This document shows, in pieces, positions 31,029 through 40,126 of a DNA stretch of 64,000 nt. The notes beneath the pieces are model-generated. The model was given only the letters and a program-made list of their open reading frames with translations. It ran no database searches and was not told where the DNA came from. A program made the position numbers and the translations under genes. The stretch spans positions 2,226 to 66,225 of the forward strand of contig JAMWCL010000001.1 of assembly GCA_023819035.1 (NCBI GenBank), written 5' to 3'. Source of the stretch: Candidatus Omnitrophota bacterium. Lineage in GTDB: Bacteria; Omnitrophota; Gorgyraeia; Gygaellales; Profunditerraquicolaceae. Positions within the stretch are counted from its first letter, which is position 1. Every line of letters starts with the position of its first letter.

Positions 31029-31820
31029 TTGTTTTATATGAGATATATATTAGAATTTAATAAGGTTACAAAAATCTTTTATCCTCCTTTTTCCTTTAAA
31101 AACCCCTTAGATTTTCTTTCCTCCCAAAAAGCTATCCTTGCCCTCAATAATATCACCTTCCAGCTTCGGGAGGGGGTAATCTTAGCGGTCCTTGGACCAA
31201 ACGGCGCAGGCAAAACCACCCTGCTTAAGATTATCTCAACCTTAATCCTGCCTGATTCAGGAACAGTCAAGATAAAAGACTTAATCTTAGGCAAGGATGA
31301 CTTAAGGATTAAATCCTTAATAGGATGGGTTGGCTCTTCGGAGAGGGGATTTTATCCAAGGCTTACCGGAAGACAGAATTTAGAGTTCTTTGCTTGTCTT
31401 TATGGACTAGATAAAAAAAAGATAAATCTACGTCTTCAAGAACTCTTTAAATTTTTTAAGATAGACTACCAAGATAAGCGCTTTGATACCTATTCTTCAG
31501 GCATGCAACAAAAATTTGCTTTGATGCGTGCGCTTCTACATGATCCGGAATTATTACTTTTAGATGAACCCTTAAAGAGTCTTGATTATACCACCGCACT
31601 AAATTTAAGAAATTTTATTAAAGAACATTTGGTAAAGGAAAAAAACAAAACGGTCATCTTTACTACCCATCGCATGGAAGAGGCGGTTGACTTTGCAGAC
31701 TTATTTATGATCCTGGTAAAAGGCTATCTTTATGGCTTGGGGACATTATCCGAGTTGAGAAAAAAGGTTAATAATCCTTCAGCAACCCTAAGTGAGATAT
31801 TCTTAAAATTAACCCAGTAG
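31029..31820 (+). CDS. ABC transporter ATP-binding protein.
   Basis: Walker A GPNGAGKTTLLKII, signature SGMQQK, Walker B LLLLDEP. Confidence 0.8.
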   Translation: MFYMRYILEFNKVTKIFYPPFSFKNPLDFLSSQKAILALNNITFQLREGVILAVLGPNGAGKTTLLKIISTLILPDSGTVKIKDLILGKDDLRIKSLIGWVGSSERGFYPRLTGRQNLEFFACLYGLDKKKINLRLQELFKFFKIDYQDKRFDTYSSGMQQKFALMRALLHDPELLLLDEPLKSLDYTTALNLRNFIKEHLVKEKNKTVIFTTHRMEEAVDFADLFMILVKGYLYGLGTLSELRKKVNNPSATLSEIFLKLTQ

Positions 31821-31824
31821 AACT

Positions 31825-32634
31825 GTGTGGTTAAGAAAGATAATCGGTTTTTTAAAAAAGGATTTTCTATTAGAATCCAGTTATCGCTTCAGTTTTTTCT
31901 TTGATATCTTTGGCATCCTCATAAATATCTCTATCTATTTTTTTATTGACCGGCTCTTTGAACAAAGATTGGTAGCGCATCTAGAAGAATTTGGTGTAAA
32001 TTATTTCTCTTATGTTATCTTAAGTTCAGCGGCATTTAGTTATATCGGAATCGGTATGGGGTCCTTTGCAGAACGCATCCGTAGCGAACAGGTCCAGGGC
32101 ACATTAGAGACAATCCTTGTTACCCCCACAAGGACTGCGGTGCTTGTTTTTTCTCTTATAATATGGAGCCTGTTTTCTGCTACCTTGGAATTATTTATGT
32201 ATATAACCTTAGGAATCTTTTTATTTAAAATAGATCTTACCCATCTAAATATCTTATCCTGCATAATTACCCTTTTGCTTATTATTATCTCCTTTAGTAG
32301 CCTGGGGATAATCTCGGCAAGCTTTCTTATTGTTTTTAAACGGCTAAACCCCTTAAGTTGGTTGATAGGAAGTTTAGAAGGGCTTCTTGGAGGGGTTTAT
32401 TTTCCGATCACGGTATTACCGGGCTGGCTACAGTTTATTGCGCGGTTCTTTCCGATTACCTATGCTATCCGTGCTATCCAGTTAGCTGTCTATAAAGGTT
32501 ATCACCCTATGCAACTAAGCAGGGAGCTGGGTTTTCTCTTTCTATTTTCAATCTTACTTTTACCTATAAGCATCTTTATATTCTGGAAGAGTCTATATAG
32601 GTCTAGAAAAACCGGCACCTTAGCGCATTATTAA
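31825..32634 (+). CDS. ABC-2 type transporter permease.
   Basis: 269 aa with 6 transmembrane helices, starting 4 nt after the ATPase gene. Confidence 0.7.
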   Translation: MWLRKIIGFLKKDFLLESSYRFSFFFDIFGILINISIYFFIDRLFEQRLVAHLEEFGVNYFSYVILSSAAFSYIGIGMGSFAERIRSEQVQGTLETILVTPTRTAVLVFSLIIWSLFSATLELFMYITLGIFLFKIDLTHLNILSCIITLLLIIISFSSLGIISASFLIVFKRLNPLSWLIGSLEGLLGGVYFPITVLPGWLQFIARFFPITYAIRAIQLAVYKGYHPMQLSRELGFLFLFSILLLPISIFIFWKSLYRSRKTGTLAHY

Positions 32635-34941
32635 AGCCTTTGGAAGAAAAAGAGAGGCGCGCTTAACCCTTTCCCAATAGCCTGCGGGCGTCATCTTTGG
32701 GGGAAAAAGCGAACGGAATAAAAACCTTAATCTTTGCTTTAGATTCTTTTGGTCTGACAAATATACCGCATAATAAAGAGGTATTTTTTGATGCTTCCCT
32801 TTAAGCACTGAATTTAAAAAAACCTTCTCTAAGTAACTTAACCTTTCTGGCTTTATACAAGAAAAAACCTGCGGAGGCACTTCAGCAGAAAAGATCTCTT
32901 TTACCAGATAAAGACTAAGATAAACAATTCGAGTAAGGTTAAATTCCTCAGAGAGATTCATCAGCTTCTCCCAATCTATCCTCTCCTGATAAACCTGAAT
33001 TAACCTGCTTATCTCCCAGAGAAAAACCCAGTTTTGATAATTATGCTTCAGGCTATGCTCACACATAAAGATTATCTGCATCTCAGGATTAAGACAGAAG
33101 ATATTTTGGTAATGCTTAAAAGGGATAACCTCTAACCAAACCTTATCCATATCTATCTTATTTTTCTGGGTAATCAGTAAAAATAGATTATTTATGGGAT
33201 TAAGATGGATATGTAAGGCAGGATAAGAACTATCCTTATGGAAATAATAACGACTATTTAGGTGTTCGGGAATCGGATAAACCTGCAGTTCTTGTAAATA
33301 AGAATAACCCTTTTCTTTAACCGCCTCCTCTAACCTAAAGATATCCTTTTCTTTTACAACCAGATCTATATCTGAGCGCGGACGCAGATAACCCTGCGGG
33401 TAGATCAATATATCTATAGATGGACCTTTAATAAGCAATATTTTTATACAGAGGGTATCTAAATACTTAAGCAGTTCGGTCAGATGCTGGGTAAAATAAA
33501 TACTTTTTGCCATCTCAGTATAATAGGCATCTCTAAAATTCTCAGATACATATTCATCAAAAAGATTATATTGCCTGTGTAAGGAATAAATCTGTTGATA
33601 AAAAGGATAAAAAACAAGTTCTTTTTTGGTCTTATCTAAGATATAGCTCCAATCCATCGCAGGTTGCTTTATCCTTTTTAATATCTCAGCCGAATCCCTT
33701 AAACCCCTTCCACTGATAAGATCAATGATCAACCTATCCTCTTCTTTATTATCTGTGTGGACAGGTTTATCCCTTAAGATGAGCTCAGCGATATGGATAC
33801 CCCCTTCAAGATTGGTCTTTATTAACCTCAGGCCTGCGGTCTTAAATTCCTTTTCTATCTCCTTAATATTAGAAAAGATATGGCAGAAACACATGCTATT
33901 CATCTTACTTAGTGGTGAAACCGTCCTTATCCAGATATCCCCTGGCTCAAGAAAATAATGCGGAAAAAGACAGTTTAATATCTTGCGAAAAAGTCTATAA
34001 AATGTATTAAAGGATAAAAATTTATTATTTGCTATATAAGCACCAAAAAAGATTAAGCCATCTGGCTTAAGGCATCTTTTAATGCGTAAAAGGGTTTTAA
34101 TCCGCAAGGTGCGCGAGGGAATAAAGGAATAAAGGATTCGATCAAATAAACAGTAATCAAATGTGCAGGAAGGAAAATCTATCTCAGAAGCAGAAACTAA
34201 TTTAAAATGGATATCTAATCCTTGCGCTTTGGCTTTGCTCTGTGCCTTTTTGATCATCTCAGGTGCGATATCTATGGCAGTGACCTTAAAACCTAATTTG
34301 GCTAAGGCAAGTGCTTCCCTGCCAGCTCCGCAACCAAGATGAAGTATGGAAGTGCCCTCCTTAAGATACTCCTTAACCATTATCCTCTCCCATTCCTCCA
34401 AACCTAAATCCGCATTTTGCCCACAAAAATCTACCTCCTCTTTCTGATTAAATTTATCCCTTACAGTAGATAAGGACTTTTGGGGACTGCTGATTAAAAA
34501 CTTAAGGTTAAATGCAAAATTCAATTTTAAGCCCAGCGACCTACGCTTTAACAAAAATAGACACAATCCCTTAAAAACAGGAAGACAATTCCATATAGAT
34601 TTAAGCAGATAATCCCAGGGATCTTCGATATTAATTAACTGCTTAGACCTTTTCAAAAAAATTACCTTGCCTAAAATATCCTCAAAGGGTACAGTTAAAT
34701 CAATCTTATCCGTAAAATCTCCTTGAAATATATAATAGAGCTTACCCTTAAAATTCCTTATTTCTATTAAACGATGTACTACATTTTCTTGGGTATCCTT
34801 ATTCTTATATGCAAGGATATCTCCTAATCTTATATCTGTATTTGCGGTTAGGGGTTGCACAAAGACTAAATCGCCCTCTTTAATCAAGGGTTCCATACTT
34901 ACACCCTTTGCCTGGAAGGTAAGAATATTTGGTTTTTCCAT
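32620..34941 (-). CDS. Tri-domain fusion protein: S24/S26-like serine peptidase, class I SAM methyltransferase, PF14907-type (NTP_transf_5) nucleotidyltransferase.
   Basis: N-terminus KGVSMEPLIKEGDLVFV (Ser nucleophile block). Middle ILHLGCGAGREALALAKLGFKVTAIDIAPEMI. C-terminus LLIKGPSIDILIYPQGYLRPRSDIDLVV (hG[GS]...DxD nucleotidyltransferase fold). Confidence 0.7.
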   Translation of the reverse strand: MEKPNILTFQAKGVSMEPLIKEGDLVFVQPLTANTDIRLGDILAYKNKDTQENVVHRLIEIRNFKGKLYYIFQGDFTDKIDLTVPFEDILGKVIFLKRSKQLINIEDPWDYLLKSIWNCLPVFKGLCLFLLKRRSLGLKLNFAFNLKFLISSPQKSLSTVRDKFNQKEEVDFCGQNADLGLEEWERIMVKEYLKEGTSILHLGCGAGREALALAKLGFKVTAIDIAPEMIKKAQSKAKAQGLDIHFKLVSASEIDFPSCTFDYCLFDRILYSFIPSRTLRIKTLLRIKRCLKPDGLIFFGAYIANNKFLSFNTFYRLFRKILNCLFPHYFLEPGDIWIRTVSPLSKMNSMCFCHIFSNIKEIEKEFKTAGLRLIKTNLEGGIHIAELILRDKPVHTDNKEEDRLIIDLISGRGLRDSAEILKRIKQPAMDWSYILDKTKKELVFYPFYQQIYSLHRQYNLFDEYVSENFRDAYYTEMAKSIYFTQHLTELLKYLDTLCIKILLIKGPSIDILIYPQGYLRPRSDIDLVVKEKDIFRLEEAVKEKGYSYLQELQVYPIPEHLNSRYYFHKDSSYPALHIHLNPINNLFLLITQKNKIDMDKVWLEVIPFKHYQNIFCLNPEMQIIFMCEHSLKHNYQNWVFLWEISRLIQVYQERIDWEKLMNLSEEFNLTRIVYLSLYLVKEIFSAEVPPQVFSCIKPERLSYLEKVFLNSVLKGKHQKIPLYYAVYLSDQKNLKQRLRFLFRSLFPPKMTPAGYWERVKRASLFLPKALIMR

Positions 34942-34942
34942 C

Positions 34943-35806
34943 TTAAAATATCTTTTTTATAAAATCTACTATTCTACGGTCAGGATAAAAACCTAATTCA
35001 TATACCGGGATATGCCAGATTAATTCTCTATAAAAATCTAAAACAAAATCCATAGCTTGCTTATCCCACCAGGGAACGAGGCTACAAACTAAAAGCTTGC
35101 TGATTGCTTCTGAAAGAGACATCCTTTTTATATGATTTCTCTGGGCATGCCTAAGCAGAAAGAGCCCTTTTAAATTAGCCTCTTCAGAGGAATAAACCTG
35201 AACATCTCCATGCCAGGGTGTACCAAAGACCTGAAATCCAGTATCCTTCTTTCTAAGAATAACTCGCTCATCGCTTAAAATAGAAAGATCATTCTTAAGT
35301 AAGCTGGCTAAGGTGCTTTTTCCCATCCCTGAGCTACCTGCAAAAAGAATGCCTTCGGTATCCTTTTTTATCCCACAACTATGAAGCATTACCCCTAACC
35401 GGCGATAGGTAAGTAATCCTAAAAATAGAACCTCATCTAAAGGATATTCCCAGAAATTAAGCATAAACCCTTCTGGAAGGTCTTCCCTTAAATAAACCTC
35501 TCCCGAACGAAAATCCCTCTCAATCACCGCCATCTTATATAAATTCGGCTTTAAGTCCAGAGAATAAAAATTAAAGATAAGTTTTTTATCCCGGTAAAAG
35601 ACATCCCACTGCCGGTAAGCACTAAAGAGCTTTTTTTGATTTTTAAAAAAAGGAAGGTAACGTTTAAGCTTTAATACGAGATCTGCACTTTTTTTTGAGA
35701 CAAAGCCAAGATAAGCCTTCGGAGGGGTAAGGGTAAGATTATCCTCACCAAGAAGCTCAACTACAATATCTGCAATGGCAAATCTAAATTTATCATTTTT
35801 GCCCAT
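34943..35806 (-). CDS. HPr kinase-related (HprK C-terminal domain-like) peptide kinase.
   Basis: P-loop GILFAGSSGMGKSTLASLL resembling the HprK GxSGxGKSE motif. 287 aa, no HprK N-terminal domain. Confidence 0.7.
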   Translation of the reverse strand: MGKNDKFRFAIADIVVELLGEDNLTLTPPKAYLGFVSKKSADLVLKLKRYLPFFKNQKKLFSAYRQWDVFYRDKKLIFNFYSLDLKPNLYKMAVIERDFRSGEVYLREDLPEGFMLNFWEYPLDEVLFLGLLTYRRLGVMLHSCGIKKDTEGILFAGSSGMGKSTLASLLKNDLSILSDERVILRKKDTGFQVFGTPWHGDVQVYSSEEANLKGLFLLRHAQRNHIKRMSLSEAISKLLVCSLVPWWDKQAMDFVLDFYRELIWHIPVYELGFYPDRRIVDFIKKIF

Positions 35807-35848
35807 GAAGATAAACTGGCCAAGGAATTCTTAGATAGCCTTAGCAAA

Positions 35849-36013
35849 TCAGGAGCCTACGGTTTTACTTGTGCAAGCCGATGAAGACCGACATCTTGCT
35901 GGTGACTTATTTGTTCCAGAGGCAGATTTGCAGTTAGCTAAGACCACCTCGGGGGGAACTAAATCTACCTGTTTTATCTGGGGTTTAAGATAGGGCTTTT
36001 TCCCCGGCTTCAT
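35849..36013 (-). CDS. Candidate RiPP precursor peptide (54 aa; absent from the ORF track).
   Basis: ATG at 36013-36011 overlaps the rSAM stop codon as ATGA. Strong Shine-Dalgarno AAAGGAGGAGG 4 nt upstream. Translation: MKPGKKPYLKPQIKQVDLVPPEVVLANCKSASGTNKSPARCRSSSACTSKTVGS. Lys/Pro-rich leader-like N-terminus; Cys/Ser/Thr-rich C-terminal core. Confidence 0.45.
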   Translation of the reverse strand: MKPGKKPYLKPQIKQVDLVPPEVVLANCKSASGTNKSPARCRSSSACTSKTVGS

Positions 36014-37086
36014 CTTGCCTCCTCCTTTCTTAGAAATACCTGATGCCGTAAATGGGCTATCTGACAGAGATAATCGATGGGGCTGGATAAATCCTTATTC
36101 TCTAACCAGGACCAACCCGGACATTGATCACAGATATAAGCTACCTCACAACAAAGACATCGTTCATTAAAAGCGTATCTTTGGTTACGCAGTTTAAAAA
36201 GAAAATTGTTAAAGCCTTCTTGAAAACTACCCTTAAGAAGATCATAACTAAAACTGCGTAGCATACTACAGATCTGGAGCTGTCCATAAGCATCTATATG
36301 AAAAGAGATTAAGCCTGCATGGCAAAGAAAAAGCTGTTGAGGATTTAAAACCTGAGAAAATTGTTGGCAAAACCTTAACCAATCCTTATGCCGCGCCTCA
36401 TCTTTTAGATCCAAATCTATTACCTCTTCAGGAGAGAGTCTAAAACTGCAAGGCTGGCGACTACCATCGAGCCGAGGGTTAATTATAGGGTCAAAACGAA
36501 AATCCACACCTAAGCCTTCTGCGTATTCCTTTATCTGAAAAAGCTCCTCTTTATTTAAGGTAGTTACCGTGGTCTTTAATTTAAAAGGAACCTTTCTCTC
36601 TAATAAAAGCTCTATCCCCCTTTGGCAATCCTTGAAGGAGCCTTTTATACCCGTAACCTGCTCGTAAGTATGGGAGGTGATTCCATATAAACTAATCTCT
36701 ATCTGAAAAGGAGGATAATCCTTAAGATAATCCGCTAAATAGGGAGTAATCAAGGTAGCATTGGTAAAAAGGGTAATAATTAAACCCTTCTTTTTAGCAT
36801 AGGTATAGATCTCTAAGAAATCCGGTCGCAAAAGGGGTTCTCCCCCGGTAACTAATAACCAAAGGCAACCTGCCTCAGTAATCTCATCAAGCACACCACA
36901 GATCTCTCTAAGCCCCATCTCTTTTTTATGAGGATCAGAATAACAATAGCAATGCCTGCACCTTAAATTACAGCGCAGAGTAACCTCAAGGGTGCCCTCA
37001 ATAGGTAGGCGTTCTTTTATCGCTTTCTCATGAATCCTATTACTAAATTCCTCGTAGCTAACCTTATCTATCCCTGAACAATCCAT
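36010..37086 (-). CDS. Radical SAM enzyme with SPASM domain (peptide-modifying maturase family).
   Basis: CNLRCRHC (CxxxCxxC). C-terminal SPASM cysteines CHAGLISFHIDAYGQLQIC and CLCCEVAYICDQCPGW. Confidence 0.85.
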   Translation of the reverse strand: MDCSGIDKVSYEEFSNRIHEKAIKERLPIEGTLEVTLRCNLRCRHCYCYSDPHKKEMGLREICGVLDEITEAGCLWLLVTGGEPLLRPDFLEIYTYAKKKGLIITLFTNATLITPYLADYLKDYPPFQIEISLYGITSHTYEQVTGIKGSFKDCQRGIELLLERKVPFKLKTTVTTLNKEELFQIKEYAEGLGVDFRFDPIINPRLDGSRQPCSFRLSPEEVIDLDLKDEARHKDWLRFCQQFSQVLNPQQLFLCHAGLISFHIDAYGQLQICSMLRSFSYDLLKGSFQEGFNNFLFKLRNQRYAFNERCLCCEVAYICDQCPGWSWLENKDLSSPIDYLCQIAHLRHQVFLRKEEAR

Positions 37087-37371
37087 CTAACCAACCTCCT
37101 GGATGGCATTTATCTGCTTTAATTTATTAAGAAATTCCACTAAGTCTTTTTCTAACTGTTCCGTATCCACCTCAAATTCTTCGGTTAGCTTATCCTTTAT
37201 CTCAGCAAGGCTTTTTCTACCATCGATTAATTCCCAGATCCTTGCCCCTGACTCATTTAAGGTATATATACTGGGTAAATCCGTAGCTTTACTTTTTAAA
37301 GGAACCAGAATCATCTCTCCAGAGATCTTACGAAAGATAAATTCCGGGCTTTTTATATAGATTTTTTCCAT
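37087..37371 (-). CDS. PqqD-family protein (RiPP recognition element).
   Basis: 94 aa; YTLNESGARIWELIDGRKSLAEI...LVEFLNKL matches the PqqD consensus. Stop abuts the rSAM start. Confidence 0.75.
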   Translation of the reverse strand: MEKIYIKSPEFIFRKISGEMILVPLKSKATDLPSIYTLNESGARIWELIDGRKSLAEIKDKLTEEFEVDTEQLEKDLVEFLNKLKQINAIQEVG

Positions 37372-37388
37372 ATAAATTATTATTCTTT

Positions 37389-38222
37389 TTACCAGGTCTG
37401 TATTTCCTTACTTGTATAGGCACCCTTGGCAAGGGGCTCTAAAACCTGATTAAGAAAGTAAGTTAGATTAGAGATAAATTTTTTGGGGATAAAGATGATA
37501 TCTTCTGCTTGCAAACTGATATTCTGACGCAGATCACCCTTTAATGCCTTGGTTAGATTCAGTCTCTTAGCCTGGGGTTTTTCAAAACCTCCCCGGATCA
37601 AGATTACACTGGAAGCCACTGCGTCGCGCGTAAAACCACCCGCCAGCCCGATTGCCTCTAAAATAGTCCTTGCTCCACTAACCGCATAAACCCCCGGTCT
37701 GACCACCTCACCTAAAACAATCACCTTTTTACCACCTAACTTCTTTAAAGAAATAGAGACCTCAGGAAAACGGATATACTCTTTTAACCGCTCAGTAATT
37801 ATCTCATCAAGTTGGCTAAGGGTTAATCCCTTTGCCGGAATATCGCCAATCAAAGGAAAGGATATCCTTCCGTCTGGTCTTACAATTACATCCATCGTTA
37901 AATCCGGATTCTGCCAGACCAAAATATATAAAACATCATCCTCACCGATAATGTACTCGGTTTGTATCGGTTTTTCTGCGGGTTTGCTGGTTAAGGGGGT
38001 TACCCCTTCTTTAGTCTCCGATTCCTTTTCCTTTAAAATCTCGATTGCCTTTTGAAATTCCTCTTGTGCCTCAGTGTATCTACCTTGATCGTAATAAATC
38101 TTTCCTCTTTCATAATATTTAAGCGCCTCATCTCTTCTTTCCTGGCTGTAAACAAAGGGAGTAAAAACTAAAAATAAAATAATAATTATTATCCTTTTTA
38201 AAAGAGGCATTCCTTTAAACAT
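37389..38222 (-). CDS. Polysaccharide export protein (Poly_export + SLBB, Wza/KpsD-like periplasmic) with N-terminal TPR.
   Basis: Signal peptide; IIGEDDVLYILVWQNPDL...RPDGRISFPLIGDIPAKGLTLSQL...SISLKK...VIVLGEV. Confidence 0.7.
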   Translation of the reverse strand: MFKGMPLLKRIIIIILFLVFTPFVYSQERRDEALKYYERGKIYYDQGRYTEAQEEFQKAIEILKEKESETKEGVTPLTSKPAEKPIQTEYIIGEDDVLYILVWQNPDLTMDVIVRPDGRISFPLIGDIPAKGLTLSQLDEIITERLKEYIRFPEVSISLKKLGGKKVIVLGEVVRPGVYAVSGARTILEAIGLAGGFTRDAVASSVILIRGGFEKPQAKRLNLTKALKGDLRQNISLQAEDIIFIPKKFISNLTYFLNQVLEPLAKGAYTSKEIQTW

Positions 38223-39262
38223 TCCTCAATATAAACCTCTGGCTTCTGGGATAAATCAATCTGCTTGGGTTGGGTTAATCTCTTTCCTGTAGAATCTAAG
38301 ACTACCTCTACCACTGGTCGCAAAGGAAGCTGGGGATTCTCTTTAATTACTGTGCCTATCTCTTTGGTATTTAATCTCACCGCCACCCCTATAGGAAAGA
38401 TACCCATCCTTTCCATAAGCACCTTTATCAGTTTATTATCGAAGGTTTCTTTAAGTTCTAAAATCTTCTGGATTGCCTCTAAGGGGGTGTACTTTTGACG
38501 ATGAGGCCTTTTATGTAAGAGCGCCTCATAAACATCTAATAAACCGATAATCCGAGCATACTCCGAGATCTGCTCACCCTTTAATCCCAAAGGATAACCC
38601 GAGCCATCTATCCGTTCGTGTTCCTGACGCACCGCCTCGATTATCGAGACATTCAAATCTTTAGAAAATCTTGTTAATATCTGGGAGCCAAGATTGGGAT
38701 GATTCTTTATCTTATCCATCTCTTCTTTACCTAAGATGTAATTCTTATTAATGATATCTAAATACTTCACTATCCCGATATCATGGACAAAGGCGGCAAT
38801 TCCTAACTCTAAGAGTTGCTCTCTTTCATAGCCCAATGACCTGCCAATCTCTAAAGACATGATACAAACATTTAAGGCATGGGCATAAAGATAATCTTCC
38901 TCTTTGTCATAATCCTTAACCGAAAGTCTCAGTAACGCCTCTTTATTTGGAGAAAAAAGAACCTGCAGGATCTTTTCTATTAGCTCCTTTATCCAAGGAA
39001 CAAAACATTCTTCCTGCCCCCTTAAATAAATATGTTTTACCCGCGCCAGAATCTCTTCGTATAAAGAAAAAATCTCGTTACTTTCTATCTTAGAAAAGCT
39101 CTTACAAATAGCCGGGGATATCTTTATAGGAATATGGTCAGATTCTGAACTAGGCTTTTCTGGAAGGGCGGTTTCATTCTCTTCCTGCTCTATCTCTTCA
39201 GGTACAGGTGTCTTTTTAAGAAGTCCTTTATATTTTTTTAAAATCTCAGAAAGCCTCAACAT
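38198..39262 (-). CDS. HD-GYP domain c-di-GMP phosphodiesterase.
   Basis: HDIGIVKY and HERIDGSGYP motifs. Confidence 0.8.
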   Translation of the reverse strand: MLRLSEILKKYKGLLKKTPVPEEIEQEENETALPEKPSSESDHIPIKISPAICKSFSKIESNEIFSLYEEILARVKHIYLRGQEECFVPWIKELIEKILQVLFSPNKEALLRLSVKDYDKEEDYLYAHALNVCIMSLEIGRSLGYEREQLLELGIAAFVHDIGIVKYLDIINKNYILGKEEMDKIKNHPNLGSQILTRFSKDLNVSIIEAVRQEHERIDGSGYPLGLKGEQISEYARIIGLLDVYEALLHKRPHRQKYTPLEAIQKILELKETFDNKLIKVLMERMGIFPIGVAVRLNTKEIGTVIKENPQLPLRPVVEVVLDSTGKRLTQPKQIDLSQKPEVYIEECLKECLF

Positions 39263-39273
39263 ACCTTCTCCTT

Positions 39274-40113
39274 TTATTTGGGTAAAGGTCCTAAATCTTG
39301 AAGACCACCCGCGGAGCTTAAATCTTCGTTTACCTTCAGGATAGTGTCTCGGTCAATAAACTTTAAACCATTACCAAAACCAGTTAATAAGGCTAAATCG
39401 CAGATGGTATTAATTAAGCGGGGAACTCCCCGCGAAAAATGATAGATCTGACCAAAACAATCCTCCTGAAAAATCTCCCTTTTTGCCTCTGCTACCCTAA
39501 GCCGATGCAGGATATATTCTTTAGTTTCAATTTCATTTAATGCTTTAAGATGAAAACGCATCGCCATGCGTTGATTTAACTGAGGCAGATTAACAATAAT
39601 ATCCTTTAACTCCGGCTGGCCTAAAAGGATAATCGTAAGTAAAAAAACATTATCGAGTTGAAAATTTAAAAGGAGTCTTAATTCCTCAAAGATCTCCCTA
39701 TTCCCAATTGCCTGGGCTTCATCAACCACAATTACACAATGCCTTGCTTGCTGATAGTTAGTGTACAAGATGTTATGCAAAGAATGAAATAAATCTAACC
39801 TATTTGTAGGGATCTCATTACTATTTAACTGATACACAATCTCCTGAATTAATTCTAATCCACTGAGTCGAGGATTCAGGATAAATACCGCCTGGTATTT
39901 GTTTTCCTGTTGAAGCTCATGCCAGAGCACCCGACTTAAAAGGGTCTTACCACTTCCATACTCACCTGTAAAAATGGCAGCCCCTTTTCGCTCCCGGACA
40001 ACATAAAGCATCCTTGCTAATGCCTCATTATGTTGCTGGGAATGATAAAGAAACCTCGGATCAGGGGTATTATCAAAAGGCTTCTCCTTTAAACCCCAGT
40101 ATTCCTCGTACAA
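39274..40113 (-). CDS. ExeA/GspA-like AAA ATPase (paralog B).
   Basis: Walker A GEYGSGKTLLSRVL, Walker B VIVVDEAQ. Confidence 0.65.
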   Translation of the reverse strand: MYEEYWGLKEKPFDNTPDPRFLYHSQQHNEALARMLYVVRERKGAAIFTGEYGSGKTLLSRVLWHELQQENKYQAVFILNPRLSGLELIQEIVYQLNSNEIPTNRLDLFHSLHNILYTNYQQARHCVIVVDEAQAIGNREIFEELRLLLNFQLDNVFLLTIILLGQPELKDIIVNLPQLNQRMAMRFHLKALNEIETKEYILHRLRVAEAKREIFQEDCFGQIYHFSRGVPRLINTICDLALLTGFGNGLKFIDRDTILKVNEDLSSAGGLQDLGPLPK

Positions 40114-40126
40114 TTCTTCTCTCCTT

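Noticed and set aside
35881-35937. 18-aa plus-strand ORF (MKTDILLVTYLFQRQICS) in the rSAM-kinase gap
   Set aside because: It lies on the opposite strand to the operon and has no RBS. The minus-strand 54-aa ORF, with a strong SD and ATGA coupling, explains the gap better.
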